Origin: an uncultured Actinomycetes bacterium
GTDB taxonomy: Bacteria > Actinomycetota > Actinomycetes > S36-B12 > UBA5976
Length of the DNA stretch: 64,000 nucleotides
Direction of reading: 5' to 3'
Assembly: GCA_903892635.1 (NCBI GenBank)
Contig: CAITJH010000086.1
Coordinates: 36,227-100,226, forward strand
Shown here: positions 57,281 to 64,000 of the stretch, piece by piece
Numbering within the stretch: position 1 is the first letter of the stretch
Layout: every line of letters begins with the position of its first letter
Made by a program: the position numbers and the translations under genes
The notes under the pieces: generated by a model
What the model was told of the DNA's origin: nothing
Seen by the model: only the letters and a program-made list of their open reading frames with translations
The model's database searches: none

Positions 57281-58175
57281 GACAGTTGTCACTATTGGAG
57301 TTTTTGATGGCGTTCATGCAGGACATCGTCAATTGATATCGCATGCACGATCCATCGCTAATGATTTGAACGGCGAACTGACGGTTGCATCGTTTGATCC
57401 ACATCCAACGTCAGTGTTACGACCCGACAAGTTTCTTGGGCTGTTGACGTTGCCACAGCGACGCACAGAACTCTTGCTCGAGCAAGGTGTCACGCGTGTC
57501 GAATTTTTAAATTTTGATAGTCATTTGCAATTGATGCATGCGTTGACCTTCGTTAAAGATGTGATCGTTGGACAACTTCACGCAGATGTCATTGTGGTAG
57601 GCGAGAACTTTAGATTCGGACACAAGGCTGCTGGCTCAGTCGAGACACTTCAGGATATATCTGCCGAGTTTGGTTTTGAGGTTGTGCCAGTGGTTCTAGC
57701 TGGCGACGATCAGGCATGGTCATCCACGCGAATTCGCCACTCACTGATTGCTGGTGATGTAGCGAGTGCGCGGACAATGCTTGGCCGATCCCATCGACTA
57801 ACTGGCGTGGTTGTTCACGGCGACCATCGAGGACGCGAGTTGGGATTTCCCACAGCGAATTTGAATGTGGACCAGCCGCTAGTGGTGCCCGCCGATGGTG
57901 TGTATTCGGCGATGATGCATTGGGATGGTCAAGCTTGGCCTTGCGCAGTAAGCGTGGGCACGAATCCGACTTTTGACGGAGTTATTGGCAGGCGAGTCGA
58001 AGCTTATGTGATGGATCATAAGCATTTAGATCTCTACGATCACGAGATTTCCCTTGATTTCATTGACTTTGTTCGTCCTATGCTCAAATTTGATGGGTTA
58101 GATTCACTCATCGAAGCAATGCACAACGATGTGGCTCGGGCTCGCGAGCAAATCGCCGATTTCCTTGATTCATAA
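57273..58175 (+). CDS. ribF: Bifunctional riboflavin kinase / FMN adenylyltransferase
   Basis: [18 protein letters not shown] and GFPTANL motifs. The ATG at 57273 overlaps the truB end. Confidence 0.93.
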   Translation: MTKTVVTIGVFDGVHAGHRQLISHARSIANDLNGELTVASFDPHPTSVLRPDKFLGLLTLPQRRTELLLEQGVTRVEFLNFDSHLQLMHALTFVKDVIVGQLHADVIVVGENFRFGHKAAGSVETLQDISAEFGFEVVPVVLAGDDQAWSSTRIRHSLIAGDVASARTMLGRSHRLTGVVVHGDHRGRELGFPTANLNVDQPLVVPADGVYSAMMHWDGQAWPCAVSVGTNPTFDGVIGRRVEAYVMDHKHLDLYDHEISLDFIDFVRPMLKFDGLDSLIEAMHNDVARAREQIADFLDS

Positions 58176-58258
58176 GGCAACTGATACCTTTAAGGCTGAC
58201 GGTTCCGGGGCGGGCGCCCCGAAACTCGCGACTATCCAAGCGCCCGAGAGGAATACAC

Positions 58259-58528
58259 ATGTCACTCGACTCATCAGTCAAGCAAGAAATCATCGCTGAA
58301 TTCGGCACAAAGCCTGGCGATACCGGCAGCCCAGAAGTTCAAATTGCAATTCTGACCCGCCGCATCAACGACCTCACCGGTCACCTAAAGACTCACAAGC
58401 ATGATCACCACAGCCGCCGCGGATTGCTGCTGCTCGTTGGTCAGCGTCGTCGCCTTCTCGATTACCTAACGAAGACCGACATTAACCGCTACCGCGCGAT
58501 CATCGAAAAGCTCGGCATCCGCCGCTAG
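58259..58528 (+). CDS. rpsO: 30S ribosomal protein S15
   Basis: 89 aa. [11 protein letters not shown]...[16 protein letters not shown]. Confidence 0.97.
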   Translation: MSLDSSVKQEIIAEFGTKPGDTGSPEVQIAILTRRINDLTGHLKTHKHDHHSRRGLLLLVGQRRRLLDYLTKTDINRYRAIIEKLGIRR

Positions 58529-58538
58529 TTTTCACCTC

Positions 58539-58565
58539 GAGCCCAGCCGAACGTCGGTTGGGCTC
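58539..58565 (+). terminator. Stem-loop just after rpsO (terminator or processing site)
   Basis: GAGCCCAGCCGA-acg-TCGGTTGGGCTC, a 12-bp stem with one G-U pair. No clear U-tract follows. Confidence 0.5.
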
Positions 58566-58702
58566 TGGGGTAACTAGGCACGCGTAGGGGTATTCGGTCC
58601 TCGGTAGTGGTGTTCGACGATAACGTCGCGCACTTCGATCGAAGATCGACATACCTAATGTGTCTTACGGTTACCCCGTTTTTCAACAGTTAGGAAATAT
58701 GT

Positions 58703-60913
58703 ATGTCTGAAATACATTCCAGCGTTGCCATTATTGATAACGGATCATTTGGTAAGCGTGAAATTAAGTTCGAAACTGGTCGCCTTGCTCGTCAAGCGAA
58801 TGGAACCGCATCAGTCTTTCTCGATGGCGAAACAATGTTGCTTTCTGCAACAACCGCTGGAAAGTCACCGAAGGATCAATTCGATTTCTTCCCACTAACC
58901 GTCGACGTCGAAGAGCGTATGTATGCGGTAGGTCGCATCCCAGGTTCGTTCTTCCGTCGTGAAGGTCGCCCAAGTGAAGATGCAATCTTGACCTGCCGTC
59001 TTATCGACCGTCCATTGCGTCCTTCATTCGTCAAGGGACTTCGTAACGAAGTCCAGGTTGTTGTCACTGTTATGGCACTCGACCCAGTCGAGTTGTATGA
59101 CGTCATCGCGATCAACGCAGCGTCGATGTCCACGCAACTTGCTGGATTGCCATTCTCTGGTCCGATTGGTGGCGTACGCGTTGCTTTGATCAACGGCCAA
59201 TGGGTTGCTTTTCCAAATCATCACCAACTTGAAGAAGCAGTATTCGACATGGTCGTTGCTGGTCGCGTGGTTGAAGATGACGTTGCGATCATGATGGTCG
59301 AAGCCGAAGCTACAGAAAACACAATTGACTTGATCAAGGGTGGCGCTACAGCACCAACCGAGGAAATCGTGGCTCAAGGTCTTGAGGCCGCAAAGCCATT
59401 CATTCGCGTTCTCTGCGAAGCTCAATCAGCACTTGCTGCAGTTGCAGCCAAGGAAGTCAAGGAATTCCCAATCTTCCTTGATTACGAAGCTGATGTTTAC
59501 GCAGCAGTCGAGACCGCTATCGGAACTGAACTTGCCGCAGCACTCACGATCGCTGGCAAGCAGGATCGTGAAGCTGAACTTGATCGCGTCAAGGAACTTT
59601 GTGTTGAGCGCGTTGGTGCACAATTCGAAGGTCGCGAGAAGGAAGTTAGTGCAGCGCTTCGCTCGGTAACCAAGAAGCTCATTCGTAACCGCGTGCTCAA
59701 GGACAAGATCCGCATGGACGGTCGCGGACTTGCTGACATTCGCACTCTTTCAGCTGAAGTTGAAGTTCTTCCTCGCGTTCACGGTTCGGCATTGTTCGAA
59801 CGTGGCGAGACTCAAATTCTTGGTGTCACTACCTTGAACATGCTCAAGTTGGAACAGCAGTTGGATACGTTGTCGCCAGTAACCGTCAAGCGTTACATGC
59901 ACAACTACAACTTCCCTCCATATTCAACTGGTGAAACCGGTCGTGTTGGTAGCCCGAAGCGTCGCGAAATCGGCCACGGTGCACTTGCCGAGCGCGCTCT
60001 ACTTCCAGTACTTCCAAAGCGCGAAGAGTTCCCTTACGCGATCCGTCAGGTCTCTGAAGCTCTTGGTTCAAATGGGTCAACCTCAATGGGTTCAGTGTGT
60101 GCTTCGACGATGTCATTGCTTAACGCTGGTGTTCCACTCAAGGCACCTGTTGCAGGTATTGCTATGGGTCTTATCTCAGATGAGATTGATGGCAAGACTG
60201 AATACGTGGCACTAACCGACATCCTTGGTTCTGAAGATGCATTCGGTGACATGGACTTCAAGGTTGCCGGTACCAAAGAATTCGTTACTGCACTTCAGCT
60301 TGATACCAAGCTAGATGGCATTCCAGCATCAGTGCTTGCTGGCGCTTTGAACCAGGCTAAGGATGCTCGTTTGACCATTCTTGAAGTTATGGGCGAAGCA
60401 ATTGATCAGCCTGATGAAATGTCGCAGTACGCGCCACGCATCATCACGGTGAACATCCCCGTTGACAAGATCGGTGAAGTTATCGGTCCAAAGGGCAAGA
60501 TCATCAACCAGATTCAGGAAGAAACTGGCGCTGACATCAGCATCGACGATGACGGTACCGTCTACATCGGTGCTAGCAATGGTGAAGCCGCAGAAGCTGC
60601 TCGTAACCAGGTCAATGCCATCGCAAATCCAAGCATGCCTGAGGTAGGCGAGCGCTACATGGGTACCGTTGTTAAGACAACGAACTTTGGAGCATTCATA
60701 TCGTTGTCACCTGGCAAGGATGGTCTGCTTCACATCAGTCAGCTTCGTAAGCTCTCGGGCGGTAAACGCGTAGAGCAAGTTGAGGATGTAGTGAAGGTCG
60801 GCGACAAGGTTCACGTTGAAATCGCTGAAATCGATCCACGTGGAAAGCTCTCGCTTGTCCCTGTGGTCGAAGGCGAAGAAGCTGCTGGCGAAGAGTCGAG
60901 CGACGAAAGCTAA
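58703..60913 (+). CDS. pnp: Polyribonucleotide nucleotidyltransferase (PNPase)
   Basis: 736 aa with two RNase PH-like cores, then KH ([16 protein letters not shown]) and S1 ([15 protein letters not shown]) domains. Confidence 0.97.
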   Translation: MSEIHSSVAIIDNGSFGKREIKFETGRLARQANGTASVFLDGETMLLSATTAGKSPKDQFDFFPLTVDVEERMYAVGRIPGSFFRREGRPSEDAILTCRLIDRPLRPSFVKGLRNEVQVVVTVMALDPVELYDVIAINAASMSTQLAGLPFSGPIGGVRVALINGQWVAFPNHHQLEEAVFDMVVAGRVVEDDVAIMMVEAEATENTIDLIKGGATAPTEEIVAQGLEAAKPFIRVLCEAQSALAAVAAKEVKEFPIFLDYEADVYAAVETAIGTELAAALTIAGKQDREAELDRVKELCVERVGAQFEGREKEVSAALRSVTKKLIRNRVLKDKIRMDGRGLADIRTLSAEVEVLPRVHGSALFERGETQILGVTTLNMLKLEQQLDTLSPVTVKRYMHNYNFPPYSTGETGRVGSPKRREIGHGALAERALLPVLPKREEFPYAIRQVSEALGSNGSTSMGSVCASTMSLLNAGVPLKAPVAGIAMGLISDEIDGKTEYVALTDILGSEDAFGDMDFKVAGTKEFVTALQLDTKLDGIPASVLAGALNQAKDARLTILEVMGEAIDQPDEMSQYAPRIITVNIPVDKIGEVIGPKGKIINQIQEETGADISIDDDGTVYIGASNGEAAEAARNQVNAIANPSMPEVGERYMGTVVKTTNFGAFISLSPGKDGLLHISQLRKLSGGKRVEQVEDVVKVGDKVHVEIAEIDPRGKLSLVPVVEGEEAAGEESSDES

Positions 60914-60915
60914 GC

Positions 60916-62244
60916 GTGGCGAACAAATCTAACCGTGTGGTCCTGGGAAGCGAACAGCCTCTCGGGACCACACGCACTTTACTCACTGCCGAGCAAGGCG
61001 GACTGGTCAAGCGCACCGTCCTTCCCGGTGGTTTACGAATCATCACGGAATACATGCCTACGGTTCGTTCAGCGGCAATTGGCATCTGGGTAAACGTTGG
61101 TTCGCGCGATGAAGTTGCCTCGCAAACAGGTTCCGCTCACTACTTAGAGCATCTCCTATTTAAAGGAACCAAGACTCGTTCTGCACTAGACATCTCTTCA
61201 TCTATCGATGCAGTCGGTGGCGAGATGAATGCCTTTACTTCTAAAGAAGTGACGTGCTTTTACACCCGAGTCCTCGATACGAGTGTTCCAACCGCTATTG
61301 ACGTACTTGTCGACATGATCACAAGCGCAACCATCGCCACTGGCGATGTTGACCAAGAACGCTCAGTAGTTCTCGAAGAGATTTCGATGCGCGATGACGA
61401 TCCTTCGGACATTGTGCACGAACATTTTGCTAAAGCAATGTTTGGCGATGCTCCTCTTGGACGTTCGATTTTAGGCACGGTAGCCAATATTGAATCGCTC
61501 TCGCGTCGTTCCATTCACGGCTTTTATCGCAAGTACTACACGCCTGATCGTTTGGTTGTAGCGGTGGCCGGAAATGTTGACCACGCAACAGTTGTCAAAC
61601 TAGTACGCAAGGCATTCATCAAAGGCGGCATGTCACTCGAGGGTGATACTAAGCCGCATACAGGTGCGCTATCGAAAGTAAAGATCAATCACGCTGGTGG
61701 CTTCACAAAGTTCAACAAAGTAACTGAACAAGCCAATCTTGTTATTGGAGTGCCAGGCATCACTCGAAATGACGATCGTCGATTCCAATTAACAGTCCTC
61801 AACGCTGCTCTTGGCGGAGGAATGTCCAGTCGTCTATTCCAAGAGGTGCGCGAAAAGCGCGGCTTGGTGTATTCAACATATTCGTTTTCACAACAATTCG
61901 CGGACACAGGTGTCGTTGGGATCTATGCAGGATGTCAACCGAAGCGTCTCGATGCTGTTCGTGAAGTTACGGCCGATGTTTTGACTGACATTGCCGCTAA
62001 TGGAATTACTCAAGCTGAACTTGATCGCGCAAAGGGTCAAGTCAGTGGGGGAATGGTGCTTGGCTTAGAAGATACATCGAGCCGTATGAGTCGTATCGCT
62101 CGCAACGAAATGAATAACGGCTATGTTCCTTCGGTAAGTGACATCTTGGACGAGGTTAACGCTGTTACGCTCGAGGAAGTACAGGCGCTTGCGCATCATG
62201 TCTGGTCGCAGGAGCTTCAAACTGTTGTTGTAGGACCGGAGTAA
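60916..62244 (+). CDS. M16-family zinc peptidase (PepR-like)
   Basis: Inverted zinc motif HYLEHLLFKGT. GTG start 2 nt after the pnp stop. Confidence 0.9.
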   Translation: MANKSNRVVLGSEQPLGTTRTLLTAEQGGLVKRTVLPGGLRIITEYMPTVRSAAIGIWVNVGSRDEVASQTGSAHYLEHLLFKGTKTRSALDISSSIDAVGGEMNAFTSKEVTCFYTRVLDTSVPTAIDVLVDMITSATIATGDVDQERSVVLEEISMRDDDPSDIVHEHFAKAMFGDAPLGRSILGTVANIESLSRRSIHGFYRKYYTPDRLVVAVAGNVDHATVVKLVRKAFIKGGMSLEGDTKPHTGALSKVKINHAGGFTKFNKVTEQANLVIGVPGITRNDDRRFQLTVLNAALGGGMSSRLFQEVREKRGLVYSTYSFSQQFADTGVVGIYAGCQPKRLDAVREVTADVLTDIAANGITQAELDRAKGQVSGGMVLGLEDTSSRMSRIARNEMNNGYVPSVSDILDEVNAVTLEEVQALAHHVWSQELQTVVVGPE

Positions 62245-62247
62245 GAC

Positions 62248-62988
62248 ATGATTCGCGTTGGAGTACTTGGAGCAAAGGGTCGCATGGGTCACACTGTGTG
62301 CGAGGCCATTAAGAATGCTGACGGTCTCGAACTTGTTGCAGCACTTGATGCAGGCGATAATTTGTCGCAGCTCGTAGAGGCCCAGGCTCAAGTGGTTGTC
62401 GATTTCACTGTTCCTGAATCTGTCATGGACAATCTTGAATTTCTTCTATCGCACAATATTCATGCTGTGGTTGGAACAACTGGCTGGACTGATTCTCGCC
62501 TTGAGCAAGTGCGTACTTGGCAAGCATCGTCGGAAGCAAACGTTCTCATTGCGCCTAATTTTGGAGTTGCGGCCGTTCTGATGATGTTGTTCGCGGCAAA
62601 GGCGGCGCCTTACTTCGACAGTGTTGAAATAGTTGAACAGCACCATCCACGTAAAGCAGATGCACCTAGCGGAACCGCCCGTCGTACTGCCGAACTTATT
62701 GGACAAGCGCGACGTGATGCAGGCAGCCACCCAATGCCTGATGCCACTCGTGATCAACTAGACGGAGCTCGCGGCGCAGTAATCGACGATGTTCACATTC
62801 ATAGCGTTCGCCTGATGGGACTCGTCGCACATCAAGAAGTGATTCTCGGTGGACCGGGAGAGTCATTGACCATTCGTCATGACTCGTATGACCGTGAGTC
62901 ATTTATGCCTGGAGTTGTATTAGGCATTCGCGAAGTTGCAGCACATCAAGGTGTGACATACGGCCTAGAGCATTTACTGAATCTCTAG
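62248..62988 (+). CDS. dapB: 4-hydroxy-tetrahydrodipicolinate reductase
   Basis: IRVGVLGAKGRMG NAD fold and EQHHPRKADAPSGTA. Confidence 0.95.
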   Translation: MIRVGVLGAKGRMGHTVCEAIKNADGLELVAALDAGDNLSQLVEAQAQVVVDFTVPESVMDNLEFLLSHNIHAVVGTTGWTDSRLEQVRTWQASSEANVLIAPNFGVAAVLMMLFAAKAAPYFDSVEIVEQHHPRKADAPSGTARRTAELIGQARRDAGSHPMPDATRDQLDGARGAVIDDVHIHSVRLMGLVAHQEVILGGPGESLTIRHDSYDRESFMPGVVLGIREVAAHQGVTYGLEHLLNL

Positions 62989-62990
62989 TA

Positions 62991-63299
62991 CTAATGTGCA
63001 AGGCCAAAGTGTCGAAGCGCTCCAGCAGTTACGGCAGCTGACAGTACGACCAAAATGAAAGAACCTTTGCGCCACAAGACCAAACTGGCAACACCGACAG
63101 CCGGCACTCTGGCATCGACAGTAAGTGATTGATGGTCAGCAAAAGTTTGTACCGCAACGAGTGCGCACAGCAAGCTGATTGGCAAGAGCATCACGATTTT
63201 TTTTACTAGAGGATTCTCTAGAAAAGTTTCAGGTATTGCAGCGCCAAGATACTTCAAGGCATAACATCCCACGGCACCAAGAGTGATGGTCAACCACAT
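62991..63299 (-). CDS. azlD: AzlD-family branched-chain amino acid exporter small subunit
   Basis: About 102 aa from ATG 63299 (MWLTITLGAVGCYALKYLG), 3-4 TM. ATGA overlap with the azlC stop. The longer 156-aa ORF was rejected. Confidence 0.7.
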   Translation of the reverse strand: MWLTITLGAVGCYALKYLGAAIPETFLENPLVKKIVMLLPISLLCALVAVQTFADHQSLTVDARVPAVGVASLVLWRKGSFILVVLSAAVTAGALRHFGLAH

Positions 63300-64000
63300 C
63301 AGAGATTCACCTGCTTCGACCATGACCAACCGATAATCACAGCGACGGTAGCTGCTGCAAGTACGGGCAATCCTGCAGGTAACAAAGGTGTCATGAGAAG
63401 AGCAATCAGTGCTCCACCAACGGCTGCGGTCATCGTGTAGCGATCCTTGATCTGCGGCCACACCAATGCAAACAGACCGGCAGCAATTGCAGCATCAAGT
63501 CCAAGGGCCTTAGGATCACCAATCGCATTCACAGTGATTGCACCGATGAATGTGGCAATGTTCCACAGTACGAATACAGATAGGCCCGTAGACCAGAAAG
63601 CTAGACGCGAGGCATCACCTTCGTATAGTTGCTCGTCTTGCGAAAGACCCATGGCAGTCGATTCGTCAATCGTGAAGTGACTGGCAAGCATCCTTTTGAC
63701 GCCGGTTACTTGCAGGACTGGGGACATTCGCAATGAATAGGCAGCATTGCGAGTACCTAATAACCACGCAGCAAGTATTGCTGCAATGGCCGTGCCGCCT
63801 GAAGCAATTGTGCTTACCAAAGCGAATTGACTCGCACCGGTGAACATGAGCAGCGATAGAGCCTGTGTTTGAGCGACACTCAAACCAGTTGCTGAACCTA
63901 GCGCACCGAAGGAAACGCCGTAAATCGAAACAGCGATGCCGATACTTAACGCTTTGCGGATGATCTCGGACCGCAAGGCGTCCCAGGGTTGAACGAGCGT
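63299..64000 (-). CDS. azlC: AzlC-family branched-chain amino acid exporter subunit (5' end probably beyond the window)
   Basis: GVSFGALGSATGLSVAQTQALSLLMFTGASQFALVS is typical of AzlC. The reading frame stays open to position 64000. Confidence 0.75.
   Translation of the reverse strand, partial: TLVQPWDALRSEIIRKALSIGIAVSIYGVSFGALGSATGLSVAQTQALSLLMFTGASQFALVSTIASGGTAIAAILAAWLLGTRNAAYSLRMSPVLQVTGVKRMLASHFTIDESTAMGLSQDEQLYEGDASRLAFWSTGLSVFVLWNIATFIGAITVNAIGDPKALGLDAAIAAGLFALVWPQIKDRYTMTAAVGGALIALLMTPLLPAGLPVLAAATVAVIIGWSWSKQVNL

Noticed and set aside
1-64000. Looked for tRNA/rRNA, CRISPR arrays, IS elements or inverted terminal repeats, integrases, phage genes, toxin-antitoxin pairs and defence-island genes
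   Set aside because: None were seen. Every intergenic gap is under ~180 nt, and no ORF carries transposase, integrase or defence-type motifs. A manual scan cannot exclude short dispersed repeats.

Overview
This window looks like densely packed core genome from a moderate-GC, streamlined actinobacterium. Gene order follows my recollection of M. tuberculosis Rv2206->Rv2173 and Rv2870c->Rv2773c. A freshwater acI/Nanopelagicales-type host is only a guess. I support about 66 CDS. Left to right they are: a cobalamin-riboswitch-controlled BtuFCD-like importer; aldo-keto reductase, DUF3043, glycerate kinase, ErpA, pfkB kinase and Aat; the complete cytochrome bcc-aa3 gene set (ctaCDF, qcrCAB, ctaE) with murT/gatD inserted; trpD; a DEDD-exonuclease/GIY-YIG fusion; envelope genes (GT4 PimB-like, DUF2029 GT-C, fadD, plsC); PPi-type PFK; class II DAHP synthase; a 4-PASTA Ser/Thr kinase; a carotenoid locus (crtYc/Yd, crtB, crtI, idsA plus three unexplained accessory genes); gabT and an aldehyde dehydrogenase; dxr-rseP-ispG; proS; then rimP-nusA-ylxR-infB-rbfA-nrnA-truB-ribF-rpsO-pnp-pepR-dapB and azlCD. 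Most gene junctions are 50 bp or less, many are ATGA/TAATG overlaps, and several convergent genes overlap at their 3' ends. I saw no rRNA, tRNA, CRISPR, transposase, integrase, phage or recognisable defence genes. I did not find a discrete, clearly novel multi-gene system. The best leads are in the carotenoid locus: a CrtI paralogue with both FAD fingerprints eroded, an orphan barstar-like gene and an embedded GT-C membrane protein. Structured leaders upstream of infB, rpsO and pnp are also worth checking. All family calls come from motifs read by eye and recalled synteny. No database search was run.
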